DNA of 64,000 nt from Aequorivita sp. (GCA_002715485.1 PAZL01000003.1:17620-81619), one strand, 5' to 3'. Numbered from the stretch's first letter, positions 1-10,752 are shown. Translations and numbers: made by a program. The notes: a model not told the origin generated them from the sequence alone.

Positions 1-148
1 ATCCTTTCTCTACTACAGCATAAAATTCTTTTAAGGCTTTTTCATTAAGCAGATATTCTTTTTTATGCTCCTGCATCCACTCGCGATTGTTGTTTTTCTT
101 TAGTTTTAAAAGGAAATCGAAAGCTGTCTTGGGAATGGTTGAACTCAT
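1..148 (-). CDS. DUF2461 / TIGR02453 family protein, N-terminal part (runs off window edge)
   Basis: Manual translation from CAT at 146-148 gives MSSTIPKTAFDFLLKLKKNNNREWMQEHKKEY. The FLxxLxxNNxREW motif is typical of DUF2461. Confidence 0.8.
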   Translation of the reverse strand, partial: MSSTIPKTAFDFLLKLKKNNNREWMQEHKKEYLLNEKALKEFYAVVEKG

Positions 149-263
149 TTTTGATGTTTTGGCAAGTAAATATACAATGTACATTTAGTAATGCATAATT
201 ACCAATTGATATAATAAATAAAATTGCCTACATTTATGGCAACAACCTTAAAACCAATTTAAT

Positions 264-698
264 ATGAATACAACTACCAAACCAAACACGGCTTTCTGGA
301 TTATTGCCGTGGTTGCACTTTTATGGAATTTAATAGGTGTTTATTTTTGGCTTTATGAATATTTCCTAATGACTGATGAAATAAGAGCCACCCTTCCACC
401 AGAACAAGTGGAGATTATGGCTAATGCTCCCTCCTGGAGTATGTGTGTTTATGGTTTTGCCGTTTTTAGCGGATTACTGGCCAGTGTGTTGCTATTAATG
501 CGGAAAAAACTAGCGTTAGGTGTTTTTATGCTTTCGCTAATTGCAGTGCTCATACTACAGCTGTATTGGATTTTTGCTATGGACGTAGTGGAAAAAATGG
601 GTCCGCAATCACTAATTATGCCTCTCATTATTATAGCTGCTGCAATTTTTGAATATTTTTATAGTAAGGGATCGGCTCGCAATGGATGGCTTAGCTGA
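264..698 (+). CDS. Small integral membrane protein (about 4 TM), conserved hypothetical
   Basis: 144 aa with KPxxxFWIIAVVALLWNLIG start and four hydrophobic segments. Confidence 0.7.
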   Translation: MNTTTKPNTAFWIIAVVALLWNLIGVYFWLYEYFLMTDEIRATLPPEQVEIMANAPSWSMCVYGFAVFSGLLASVLLLMRKKLALGVFMLSLIAVLILQLYWIFAMDVVEKMGPQSLIMPLIIIAAAIFEYFYSKGSARNGWLS

Positions 699-745
699 TA
701 AATTGTAAGAAAATTACGGAGTTATCCTAAAATATAAATTGGCAT

Positions 746-1678
746 TTATCCTCTTTTTTTGATTTTTCCAGAAAATCTAGGGACAGTAAGGCTGGTCTTG
801 GTAGTATTGATAAAATAAACCCCAGTTAAAAGCACCGCGGCGGCAAATATTGATTGCAATGTAATCTCTTCATGCAAAATATACCAACCTAAGATTAATG
901 CAATAATTGGATTGACATAGGTGGATGTGGCAACCTTATCTGGCGATACCGTTTTTAATAGATAATTAAAAGACGTAAAAGCTACAATACTTCCAAAGAG
1001 TATCAAAAGTATCATACTGAGCTGAACGGGCCTCCCCCAATCGGTAGGTGCAAGCCATTGTTCGCCAAATAGCAAACTAGCAACCGCAAGGGTAATACCT
1101 GCAGTAAACATTTGGTAACCAGTATTTACAAAGAAATTTTTAGGAAGATCTGCCTTGCCAACAAAAAGACTTCCGTAGGCCCAACTGAGCATGCACGCAA
1201 AAATCATTATCATTCCCAATACTGTCCCCTCCTTAGCGATGAGCTGTTTTTGTGCAACTAAAAGAAAGATTCCTATAATACCTAAACCCACACCCACTAA
1301 GGACATTGGTTTTATGCGTTTGCCTTGCAAGAGCCACATCAGCAATAGAACAACCAAAGGCTGAGCAGAAATTTCCAAAGCTGCAAATCCGCTATCTACA
1401 TATTTTAGCGCCCAAACAATTATACCATTGCCAAACGATAAGAATAACACACCCACTATAAAGGCGTTCCGAAATTGTTTTCGGGTAATGGCAAGGCTTT
1501 TCCCCAATAATTTAGCAATGATAAATATGAGAAGTCCAGCCGATGTAAAACGAATAGAAGCCAAAAAGAAAGGAGGTAGTTCTGCTACGGCAACCTTATT
1601 TAGCATATATGTAGAGCCCCATATTACATAGATGGAGAAAAAGGCTAGAATGACTAAAAGGGTGCTTTGTGCTTTCAG
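746..1678 (-). CDS. EamA/DMT family transporter; probable CTG start at 1678
   Basis: ORF track starts at 1606, but the in-frame upstream sequence (L/M)KAQSTLLVILAFFSIYVIWGSTY contains TM1 and the IWGST motif. C-terminal TYVNPIIA motif present. Confidence 0.85.
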   Translation of the reverse strand: MKAQSTLLVILAFFSIYVIWGSTYMLNKVAVAELPPFFLASIRFTSAGLLIFIIAKLLGKSLAITRKQFRNAFIVGVLFLSFGNGIIVWALKYVDSGFAALEISAQPLVVLLLMWLLQGKRIKPMSLVGVGLGIIGIFLLVAQKQLIAKEGTVLGMIMIFACMLSWAYGSLFVGKADLPKNFFVNTGYQMFTAGITLAVASLLFGEQWLAPTDWGRPVQLSMILLILFGSIVAFTSFNYLLKTVSPDKVATSTYVNPIIALILGWYILHEEITLQSIFAAAVLLTGVYFINTTKTSLTVPRFSGKIKKRG

Positions 1679-1743
1679 AGTGGTTGAAATAGTTGAATTG
1701 TTAGATTTTTAGATGCTTGAATTAATAAATGGTTGCATAAAAC

Positions 1744-3090
1744 CTACTTTCTTTTATTACGTTTGTTGTAATTTTTATCGCCTCTTGTTTTTGGCTTTTT
1801 GTACTTCTGCTTAATAATGCGTTTGTAAGAGCCACCCTGGTTTTCCTTTCTGTTTTTTTCTTTCTTTTCATGGAAAGCGGGCCCTACTTCTTCTAAATTA
1901 TTAGGGTTGTTAATTTCAACAATTTGGGGTTTTTCCTCATAAGTAAGTTGTTTTGAAATTTCAACTTCTTTTGGAAATTCAAGCTCCTCAATTTGTAAAT
2001 CCATCAACTTTTCGATAGCTATTTTGGCCTCCTCTTCATTTTCGGTATAAAGCAAAATGGAAGTTCCCTCCTGCTCCGCACGCCCTGTCCGACCAATGCG
2101 GTGCATATAGTTTTCGGGGAAATTGGGAACGTCAAAATTGATAACGTGGCTTATTTGATCCAAATCCAACCCACGTGCCATAACATCAGTAGTTACAAGG
2201 ATACGTGTTTTTTCGGCATTGAAATTTTCTATGGAACGTATTCGATAATTCTGTGTTTTATTGCTGTGGATTACCGCTACTTCACTTCCGAAGAATTCAT
2301 CTAAAATTTCAAAAAGAAGATCGGCGCTTTTCTTATTTGGAACAAAAACCAGCACTTTTTTAAAATCACTTTCGTTCTGCAATAAATGTTTCAGCAGGTT
2401 GGCTTTTGTATAAAAATTCTCTACCCTGTAAGCGTATTGCGAAATGTTTTCCAAAGGTGTTCCGCTTACCGCCACGGAAACCGTTGCTGGTGCAATAAAG
2501 AAGTCGTGAATAAAAACATTTACATCATCGGTCATAGTTGCCGAAAACATAATGTTTTGGCGCTTTTTGGGAAGTAGTTCCAAAATATTGGTAAGCTGAA
2601 AACGGAAGCCCAAATCTAGCATTACGTCTACTTCATCGATGACCACTTTTTTTACAGACTTTAGCTGAAGGGCACGGCTTATAACCAAATCATAAAGCCT
2701 TCCCGGTGTAGCTACAATAATATCGGCTCCTTCCGCAACGGCTTCTTTTTGTCGGTTAATGTTTGTGCCGCCAAAAACGCCAATTACTCGAATGGAAGCA
2801 TATTTTCCAAACTTTTCTATTTCTTCAACTACCTGTAAGACCAATTCCCGAGTAGGAACCAAAACTAAAACCCGAGGATTTATTTCTTTTGAAAATTTTA
2901 AATCCTGCAAAATGGGAAGCATGTATGCGAAAGTCTTCCCGGTTCCCGTCTGCGCAATTCCCACCATGTCTGTACCCGACATAATTACCGAAAACGACTG
3001 CGCCTGAATAGGTGTAGGCTTTTCAAAACCCAAATCAGCAATGGCGTATTGCAATTGTTTGGAAATATTAAGCTCGTTGAATGATTCCAT
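1744..3090 (-). CDS. DEAD-box RNA helicase
   Basis: Q motif PTPIQ, AQTGTGKT, PTREL, TPGRL, DEVD, SAT, ARGLD, HRIGRTGR; basic C-terminal tail. Confidence 0.95.
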   Translation of the reverse strand: MESFNELNISKQLQYAIADLGFEKPTPIQAQSFSVIMSGTDMVGIAQTGTGKTFAYMLPILQDLKFSKEINPRVLVLVPTRELVLQVVEEIEKFGKYASIRVIGVFGGTNINRQKEAVAEGADIIVATPGRLYDLVISRALQLKSVKKVVIDEVDVMLDLGFRFQLTNILELLPKKRQNIMFSATMTDDVNVFIHDFFIAPATVSVAVSGTPLENISQYAYRVENFYTKANLLKHLLQNESDFKKVLVFVPNKKSADLLFEILDEFFGSEVAVIHSNKTQNYRIRSIENFNAEKTRILVTTDVMARGLDLDQISHVINFDVPNFPENYMHRIGRTGRAEQEGTSILLYTENEEEAKIAIEKLMDLQIEELEFPKEVEISKQLTYEEKPQIVEINNPNNLEEVGPAFHEKKEKNRKENQGGSYKRIIKQKYKKPKTRGDKNYNKRNKRK

Positions 3091-3231
3091 AGCGGATTGT
3101 TTGGTACAAATATAGTTCTTTGATTATTGGGGCGCTTTGAATTTGGGATTCGTTATTTTTTATTTAATTATTTCATACAAAGCTGCAATCTACAACTAGC
3201 ATTTTGTAAGCCCTATTCCAAACTCAGCAAT

Positions 3232-4785
3232 TTAATCCTCTGGCGGATGGCCGTGTATTTCCTCGTATATCGTATCAAAATTATCGCGTAAATAACTGCG
3301 TAATTTCAATCGATAATCGTCTTTTAGCCAACTGATGAAGTTATGCGTGCTTTTACTGATGCACTGCGAATATTTCTCAATGCGGTGATCAATATCGTCT
3401 CCAAGCATTTTTGCCAGTCCGAGCGCATCGTATACGTCTTCACTATTTTCTATACAAATATAAGCGTGCTGTGCAATAGAACGTTCCAGCACAACTTTAC
3501 TCGATTCACCTTTAAAAGTAGCTTCTTGATAGGTTTCCTTAATATCAAAATAAACCTCCTTACTATTTGCAAACTCCGCACGGAGTTCATCGGGCATTTC
3601 ATACCTAAAATGACTTTCCAGCTCTTCGTCACTCAGCAAACGGTCCATGTAATAATCGGGAGATCGGAAGATTGCCTGCCAATCCAATGGCGCTTCCCAA
3701 GGTCCAAAACGTTGGTAATTGTTTCCTAGGTCAATCACGGAAAACTTTGACTTATTGTTCAAAATACGTGATCCTCGACCAATCATTTGAAAATACAATG
3801 TCAATGAACGGGTCGCCCTATTTAGAATAATGGTATCAATAGTAGGTTCGTCAAAACCTGTTGTTAAAATACTCACAGAAGTCAAAATAGCATCCGGCGT
3901 TTCCCGAAACCATTTTAAAATTTGCTTTCGTTGCTTTTTGGTAGCGGTATTGTCCAAATGCATAATAGGCAATCCTTCTGCCTTAAGATGATAATATACT
4001 TGTATGGAAGTATTTATACCATTGTTGAAAATCAACGTTTTTTTCCCCTTGGCGTGGTTTAGATAGGCTTGATATAGCTGGTCCAGCATACCCACTGCGG
4101 AGTATAAGTCATCCGATGATTTAACGGTATAATCACCATTGGAGCCTATTTCAAGGGAAGTGAGCCCCATATTGTATTGAAAGACTTCCACCTCTGCCAA
4201 AAATTCGTTCTCAATTAAGGATTGAATGCTTTCGCCAACAATGAGTTCGTCATAATTATCCTTCATTGGTAGATTGCGATTGGAACTTAAAGGAGTTGCC
4301 GTAACACCAAGTATAAACGATTTTTCAAAAAATTTAAAAAGCTTCGTAAACGAATTGTAATGCGCTTCATCAATAATTACCAGCCCAATATCTGATATGT
4401 CCAGTTTGTTATCGTTCAAACGGTTGTTTAGGGTTTCCACCATTGCAACAAAGCAGCTGTACTTTTCTTGATCATCCAAGTTTGCGGTGCTGTTAACCAC
4501 TTTGTTTACGACACCAAAACTGGTAAGCATTTCTGATGTTTGCTTGCAAAGCTCCACGCGGTGGGTCATTACAAGGACCTTTTTATTATGGTTTTTTAAA
4601 TATTGACGAACAATTTCAGAAAAAATAACCGTTTTTCCTCCGCCTGTAGGTAATTGGTAAAGCAAATGATAATCATCTGGCGCAGTTTCAAATTTCTCAA
4701 ATATCTTATCAATAGCACCTTTTTGATAGCTATATAATTCTTTATCAGTTTTTTTTTCTTGAATTGCGTCCTTTGTCTCTGTCAT
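3232..4785 (-). CDS. Superfamily II DEAH helicase (ResIII/SSL2-like)
   Basis: LPTGGGKT, DEAH, TATP, TGFD and QMIGRGSR motifs. Confidence 0.9.
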   Translation of the reverse strand: MTETKDAIQEKKTDKELYSYQKGAIDKIFEKFETAPDDYHLLYQLPTGGGKTVIFSEIVRQYLKNHNKKVLVMTHRVELCKQTSEMLTSFGVVNKVVNSTANLDDQEKYSCFVAMVETLNNRLNDNKLDISDIGLVIIDEAHYNSFTKLFKFFEKSFILGVTATPLSSNRNLPMKDNYDELIVGESIQSLIENEFLAEVEVFQYNMGLTSLEIGSNGDYTVKSSDDLYSAVGMLDQLYQAYLNHAKGKKTLIFNNGINTSIQVYYHLKAEGLPIMHLDNTATKKQRKQILKWFRETPDAILTSVSILTTGFDEPTIDTIILNRATRSLTLYFQMIGRGSRILNNKSKFSVIDLGNNYQRFGPWEAPLDWQAIFRSPDYYMDRLLSDEELESHFRYEMPDELRAEFANSKEVYFDIKETYQEATFKGESSKVVLERSIAQHAYICIENSEDVYDALGLAKMLGDDIDHRIEKYSQCISKSTHNFISWLKDDYRLKLRSYLRDNFDTIYEEIHGHPPED

Positions 4786-4876
4786 AAACCACCATTTTGA
4801 AGTTTTGCAAAACTACGTCCTTTTATAGGTTTTTGAAGAAGAAATGTCATATTTATTACGAGCGAATTTTCTGATG

Positions 4877-5098
4877 CTATTTAAACTTTGTTTTTAAGTA
4901 AAGTTGCTCTACCTTATCGCGTGCCCAAGGCGTTTTTCGAAGAAATTTCAAACTTGATTTAATGGATGGATGACTATTAAATGAATTGATTTTAATCTTT
5001 TCGCCCAATACTTCCCATCCGTAATAATCCACGAGATATTCCAAAATATCTGCGAGCTTCACTCCATGTAAGGGGTTGTTTGGCTGTTCGTTATTCAT
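4877..5098 (-). CDS. VF530 (DUF2132) family putative DNA-binding protein
   Basis: NNPLHGV...YYGWE...[21 protein letters not shown] signature. Confidence 0.9.
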   Translation of the reverse strand: MNNEQPNNPLHGVKLADILEYLVDYYGWEVLGEKIKINSFNSHPSIKSSLKFLRKTPWARDKVEQLYLKTKFK

Positions 5099-5129
5099 AC
5101 ACTTTTTAGGTACATTTATATTTTAAAAA

Positions 5130-6740
5130 CTACCAATCTATTGGTCTATAGTCTTTCAAAAACTTTCCACTCCAGTGTTTTCCTGTATTTATGCCATCAA
5201 TCAATGGATCCATTACGCGTGCCGCGCCGTCAACAATATCCAATGGCGGTTGAAAATCGTGAAGTTCCATTTTGCGTTTTGCAAGTTCCACAGGGTCTTC
5301 ATCGGTTACCCAACCCGTATCTACTGCATTAATATAAATTCCTTCTTTGGCAAGACTTCCAGCAGCGGTGTGGGTTAACATATTGAGTGCGGCCTTTGCC
5401 ATATTGGTATGGGGATGGCGATCTTCCTTAAAAAAACGGTGGAACTTCCCTTCCATTGCAGAAACATTTATAATGTGTTTTTTGCCCGTGTTTTTCTTTT
5501 TCATGATTTCTCCCAAACGGTTGCAAAGCACAAAGGGAGCAATTGAGTTTACCAGCTGAACCTCAATCATTTCAGTGGTTTCAATTTCACCAAGCCTTAA
5601 ACGCCAACTGTTGGTCTTTCTTAAGTCAACTTGTTGAAGATCTGCGTCCAATTTGCCTTCGGGGAAAACTTCTTTCGCACTTAAAGAATTATCAAAACTA
5701 TATGGAATTTGCGAAAGTTTTGCTGAAGCACGGATACCAATACCCGGCTCTGAGCCGTGCCAAGTTACGGGAAGATTTTTGTTTTTACCAATGTCTGCCG
5801 TAAGTGTTTTCAATTCGTGCAAACAATTTATATGGTCACGTAGCAAATCTTTCACAAATTGTGGATGCTCTTCAAAAGGCATTTCTTCTTTTGCCATTAA
5901 ATGCTGATAAAAACCCGCTGGTCTGCGTACGGTTTGAGCAGCATTGTTTATAAGAATATCAAGATTTTCGTATTTCTGCTCAATATAATTGCAGAAAATT
6001 TCTACGCTAGGAATATGACGAAGGTCCAAACCGTGAATTTTTAAACGGTCTGCCCATTGATGAAAATCCTCTTCCTGTGCAAAACGGTAGGCAGAATCTG
6101 CTGGAAATCTTGTGGTTGCTACAACCGTAGCTCCTGCCCGCAATAACATTAACGCTATATGATAACCAATTTTAAGACGTGAACCTGTAAGCACCGCCAC
6201 CTGTCCGGTTAGGTCTGTGGTTTGAAAACGCTTAGCGTAATTGAAATCGCCGCACTCGGTGCACATGGTGTCATAAAAATGATGCAGCTTCGTATAGATT
6301 GTTTTACAGACATAGCAATTACGGGGTGTTTCCAGTTCCAGTTCTTTTTTCAGAGACAAATCTGCAGCCTGCAAAAGTTTGGGAGCTTTAAAAACTACGT
6401 TTTCCCGGGCACTTCGTATTCCGGTTTCCTTTCGTGCGGTTCGGTCTTTATTAGCTTGTTTACGCTTTTCGGCCTTCTTGGCATCTTTTTTTCTACGAGA
6501 AAATTCATCACGATTGGGTCGTGAAAGTTGTCCCGATGCCTTAATTAATGCAGTTCGTTGCTCCTTTGGTATTTCGAATATTTGATCCGTATTGGTATTT
6601 AAATATTCCAAAATGGCGATACAGCGAGTAATTTCAGCAGGATTCAACGCTCCATTGATTTCTAATCCAGAAATGCTCGCCCATGAATCCACCCCATTTT
6701 CCTGTTCGGAAGTTCCCATTTCTGAAACCGTTTGTGACAT
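5130..6740 (-). CDS. Extended SDR family oxidoreductase with N-terminal CxxC...CxxC module
   Basis: CYVC...[39 protein letters not shown]. Confidence 0.8.
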   Translation of the reverse strand: MSQTVSEMGTSEQENGVDSWASISGLEINGALNPAEITRCIAILEYLNTNTDQIFEIPKEQRTALIKASGQLSRPNRDEFSRRKKDAKKAEKRKQANKDRTARKETGIRSARENVVFKAPKLLQAADLSLKKELELETPRNCYVCKTIYTKLHHFYDTMCTECGDFNYAKRFQTTDLTGQVAVLTGSRLKIGYHIALMLLRAGATVVATTRFPADSAYRFAQEEDFHQWADRLKIHGLDLRHIPSVEIFCNYIEQKYENLDILINNAAQTVRRPAGFYQHLMAKEEMPFEEHPQFVKDLLRDHINCLHELKTLTADIGKNKNLPVTWHGSEPGIGIRASAKLSQIPYSFDNSLSAKEVFPEGKLDADLQQVDLRKTNSWRLRLGEIETTEMIEVQLVNSIAPFVLCNRLGEIMKKKNTGKKHIINVSAMEGKFHRFFKEDRHPHTNMAKAALNMLTHTAAGSLAKEGIYINAVDTGWVTDEDPVELAKRKMELHDFQPPLDIVDGAARVMDPLIDGINTGKHWSGKFLKDYRPIDW

Positions 6741-6815
6741 ATATTAATTTTCGGCAAATATAATCACAGTTTGAACGTGCAAAACATTTTATTTAAAATT
6801 CAGCAACATTTTGAT

Positions 6816-8918
6816 TTACAGATTAACAAGCTCTTTTTGAACGTTTGTCGGCACGGGTTGATAAGAAGAAAATGATGATTTAAAAGTCGCCCGGCCCTGA
6901 GTTAGCGAACGCAAGTCTGTTGAGAAGCCATGCATTTCGGCTTCTGGGGTCAAACATTTTAAAACTTGGTAGTTATTGTTGTTTTCTATTCCCTGAATCA
7001 TGGAGCGCCTCGCTTGCAGGTCAGTCATTACATTCCCTACCATTTCTTCCGGAACCTTTACAATAAGTTCCAAGACTGGTTCCAAAAGCTTGGGATTGGC
7101 ATTCAGAAAAGCTTCCTTGAAAGCGTGTGCTCCTGCAATTTTAAAAGAAATGTCATTGGAGTCCACAGAGTGCATCTTCCCGTCATATACCATTACGCGT
7201 ACATCACGAATGTAGGAACCCGTTAATGGTCCTTCTTCCATTACTTCCAAAACACCTTTCATTATTGATGGCAAATACCGCAGGTCTATAACTCCGCCCA
7301 CAATGCAATTATAAAAAACCAATTTTCCGCCCCAAGACAGATCAATTTCTTCCTTTCCGCGAACATTAAAACCTTGCGGCTCCTCCATATTTTCATCCCA
7401 AGGTTCAATTTTTAAATGAACTTCCGCAAATTGCCCTGAACCGCCCGATTGCTTTTTGTGTCTATAATTTGATGCTGAAGAACGCTGAATGGTTTCCCTG
7501 AAAGCTATTTTGGGTTTTTCAAAACGCGCCTCTACACCATACATATTTTTAAGTGTCCAATCTATAGTTGCTAAATGCAGTTCACCTTGGCATGCCATAA
7601 TAAGCTGTTTTGCTTCCGAAGAAAAGGAAATATTTACGGTTGGATCCTGGCTGTGAATTTTCTTTAATGCCTCGCTCAATTTTTCTTCATCTTTCGTATT
7701 TACTGCAAACACAGCTTTTTTGATACGCGCCTGTGGAAATTTGATAGGTTTGATGCCAAGAGGAAGCTTTGTAGAAGCTAAAGTATCGTTGGTTTCAGTA
7801 TATTTTAATTTGAGGGTAGCACCAATGTCGCCCACCGTAAGCCTGTTAACGGGTTGTCTTTCTTTTCCGTCCATGATGAAAAGTTGATTGATTACTTCAG
7901 TTTCATCATTTCTGAAATTAACTAATTTATCATTCAATTTCACTTCACCGCTCATCACTTTAAAAAAAGTAATTTGACCCAAATTGGGCTGATAGACTGT
8001 CTTAAAAACGAAAAGTGCAGTAGGGCTATCTTTTAAAACCTTTACTTCTTTGCCGTCCACGCTTTGTTCGGGCTTGAGGTCTGCCGCAGCAGGTGCAACA
8101 TTATCTATGAAACCCATCAATCTTCCCGTGCCCATATCATTCAAAGCTGAAACGCAGAATACCGGAAATAATTCGTGGTTCAACATTCCTGCTTTTATTC
8201 CCTGCCGCATTTCGTCTTCACTTAAAGTACCTTTTTCAAAAAAAAGCTCCATCAATGTTTCATCATTCTCTGCTGCTTTTTCTATTAATTCATTATTTAA
8301 TTCTTTGGCCCATTCTTTTTGGTCATCAGGAATTTCTAACTTTTCGGGCTTTCCTCCTTCTGGTGAAAATTTATACATTTTCATCTTAAGTACATCTACA
8401 ATACACTGCGAACCATCTATTGCCATAGGATATTGAATTTGTACGGCATTATTTCCAACAAGATTTTTTATGCTTTTGAAGCTTTCATCAAATTTAGCAT
8501 TGATATGGTCTATTTGATTTATAACAAATAGTGTTGGTTTGTGATATTTATCAATATAATTCCAGATAATTTCAGCACCAACTTCCACACCGTGCTGGGC
8601 ATTTAAAACAGTTACGATAGTATCTGCAACTCGGATAGAGGAAATAATTTCACCGATAAAATCATCTAATCCAGGGGTGTCTATTATGTTAATTTTGTAA
8701 TTGCGCCATTCTGTATGCAGCGGTGTAGCGAAGATGGAGTTTCCCCTTTCGTGCTCAATATCGTGATAGTCAGAAACAGTATTTTTATTTTCAACTGTAC
8801 CGCGGCGATTGATAAGTCCTGCTTCAAAAAGCATCGTTTCTGCCAGTGTAGTTTTCCCACTATTGTGGGCGCCAACGAAGACTACGTTTTTAATGTGTTT
8901 GTCGTCATATATTTTCAT
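6816..8918 (-). CDS. fusA2: Elongation factor G paralog (EF-G2)
   Basis: GAHNSGKTT, DTPG, QGELHL, HKKQSGGSGQF, DGKMHSVDS, LLEP and LRSLTQGR motifs; G-motifs are degenerate. Confidence 0.9.
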   Translation of the reverse strand: MKIYDDKHIKNVVFVGAHNSGKTTLAETMLFEAGLINRRGTVENKNTVSDYHDIEHERGNSIFATPLHTEWRNYKINIIDTPGLDDFIGEIISSIRVADTIVTVLNAQHGVEVGAEIIWNYIDKYHKPTLFVINQIDHINAKFDESFKSIKNLVGNNAVQIQYPMAIDGSQCIVDVLKMKMYKFSPEGGKPEKLEIPDDQKEWAKELNNELIEKAAENDETLMELFFEKGTLSEDEMRQGIKAGMLNHELFPVFCVSALNDMGTGRLMGFIDNVAPAAADLKPEQSVDGKEVKVLKDSPTALFVFKTVYQPNLGQITFFKVMSGEVKLNDKLVNFRNDETEVINQLFIMDGKERQPVNRLTVGDIGATLKLKYTETNDTLASTKLPLGIKPIKFPQARIKKAVFAVNTKDEEKLSEALKKIHSQDPTVNISFSSEAKQLIMACQGELHLATIDWTLKNMYGVEARFEKPKIAFRETIQRSSASNYRHKKQSGGSGQFAEVHLKIEPWDENMEEPQGFNVRGKEEIDLSWGGKLVFYNCIVGGVIDLRYLPSIMKGVLEVMEEGPLTGSYIRDVRVMVYDGKMHSVDSNDISFKIAGAHAFKEAFLNANPKLLEPVLELIVKVPEEMVGNVMTDLQARRSMIQGIENNNNYQVLKCLTPEAEMHGFSTDLRSLTQGRATFKSSFSSYQPVPTNVQKELVNL

Positions 8919-9048
8919 CTGTATAAATATTTTGGTTAGTATGTTTTCAGATGCAATACGCCAAACACTTTTGATTGTGCCTGGTCTTTCTCACCTATTG
9001 TAAATCATATAGTATATATTGCTTTTTTTGATTTTTAAATTTGAGAAA

Positions 9049-10752
9049 TTAATTCATTAATACTTTTAGACTGGAGCTTTTGGTTTCAGATTTTAAAGTA
9101 ATAAAATATACTCCTGAGGTAAATTTTATTCCATTTGTGCTTCTGCCGTCCCAAGTGATTCTTTTATTTCCCACAACTTCTTCATTTAATAAAGTGGTTA
9201 GTTTTCTGCCTCTTATATCAAATACTTCTATCAACACTCTTTCTGGTTTATCTAGGTTAAATTGAAGTGTCGTTTCATTAGTAAAGGGATTTGGATAAGA
9301 AATGAATTGAAAGTTATCAGCAAGATAGTCCTCCACATTTAAAAGACCGGCAGGCGATATGCGCGTATAATAAACGTCTTGCCCCCCATTGATTGTATTC
9401 GCCCAAGCCAAATGGGCATAATCATTAGTACTAACCATATCAAAATAATCTCCCATTTTACCTTGATTGGGATAACCAATTGATGGGTCAAATGGCTCTG
9501 ATATGGGTTCATTTACTGACCAAGTTTCACCTTGATCTTCAGAAAATGAATAATAAAGCACAGAGTCAATTCCGTTAGTGGCGTCTCTAGTGTCCAGCCA
9601 AATTATATCAATACGCCCATTGGGAGCCACAGACATTGTTCCGAACCATTGGTAAGAATTAGTTCCTGCATCGGTATTTATGCGCATCGGGGGTTCAAAT
9701 GTATTTCCGCCATCAGTACTTTTTGCAAACATTACATCGCCTGGATCATTATTTGAAAACCGCCATACTGATGCAGCTACATAAACATTATCCTTACCTG
9801 GACCGTCCGAAATATCCACATCTACCCACGCTTGTCCCATTAATCCTTCTGGATTTACAGCCACTTGTACATCTAAATTACCGTCTAAATCGACTTGTGT
9901 TAAACTCTCCCAAGTAACATTTTCTGCAGGATTCTTAGCCGAAGTAGATTTTATTAAAACAATTCCAGAGTTTGATGTTCCCGTGATATATAAAGTTCCT
10001 TGGGAATCTACAGCCAAAGTACCCCAAACTGGATTGCCATCAATAAATATACAATCCTCAAAGGTATTGCTGCCATCGGTAGATCGGGTAAAAGCACCAT
10101 TGCAATTGGAAAAAGACGCATTCCAGTAAGAATAATTATTTCCCTCTCCAATATCTGAAGTACGATCTATTCGCATCCATTGTTTATCCCCGCCCCTAGC
10201 CGGTACCGGCATTCCCCAATCATTACCTCCATCGGTAATTTTGTAAACATCACAATCAAAACCGCTTGTTAGACTGTTGTAGTAAAAGTTTCCCTCCCTA
10301 TCAAAATCTAATACAGGATCGGAACGAAAAACACCGGGGTCCAAAACGCCAGGGAATGTCCAAGTCAATCCTCCATCCAGTGAAAATCCATTTCCGGCTT
10401 GCCTAAAATTACTGTTCACGGTATCAAACTGACGCCAGCCGATAACAATTCTATTTGGGTTTAACGGATCTATTGCTATGGAAGTTTCGTTTGCGGCATC
10501 TCCAACAATGTTATTTCCATTTTCATCTACATTCACCTGTCGGGTAAAATAATTGGGTGTGGTTATGTTATACGCAGGACTTCGTTCCATCATAGATCGA
10601 GAAACAGGAATATATGGATCGTCTGGTGTTTCTTTATGACTCTCGAAAAATTTTTTAGGGGAAACTTGGCAATAAATAGATGAACAACAAGTAAGAAATA
10701 GAATGAAAACAGATAAGTGAAGAAAACTGTATTTCAAGGATAATATTTTCAT
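9049..10752 (-). CDS. Secreted BNR/Asp-box beta-propeller (sialidase-like) protein with T9SS type A C-terminal sorting domain
   Basis: Signal peptide; Asp-boxes SLDGGLTW, STDGGNTF, SEDQGETW; CTD YPNPF...SGVYFITL. Confidence 0.85.
   Translation of the reverse strand: MKILSLKYSFLHLSVFILFLTCCSSIYCQVSPKKFFESHKETPDDPYIPVSRSMMERSPAYNITTPNYFTRQVNVDENGNNIVGDAANETSIAIDPLNPNRIVIGWRQFDTVNSNFRQAGNGFSLDGGLTWTFPGVLDPGVFRSDPVLDFDREGNFYYNSLTSGFDCDVYKITDGGNDWGMPVPARGGDKQWMRIDRTSDIGEGNNYSYWNASFSNCNGAFTRSTDGSNTFEDCIFIDGNPVWGTLAVDSQGTLYITGTSNSGIVLIKSTSAKNPAENVTWESLTQVDLDGNLDVQVAVNPEGLMGQAWVDVDISDGPGKDNVYVAASVWRFSNNDPGDVMFAKSTDGGNTFEPPMRINTDAGTNSYQWFGTMSVAPNGRIDIIWLDTRDATNGIDSVLYYSFSEDQGETWSVNEPISEPFDPSIGYPNQGKMGDYFDMVSTNDYAHLAWANTINGGQDVYYTRISPAGLLNVEDYLADNFQFISYPNPFTNETTLQFNLDKPERVLIEVFDIRGRKLTTLLNEEVVGNKRITWDGRSTNGIKFTSGVYFITLKSETKSSSLKVLMN

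Noticed and set aside
3232-4785. SF2 helicase as a restriction or anti-phage system
   Set aside because: No methyltransferase, nuclease domain or defence neighbours; the context is housekeeping.
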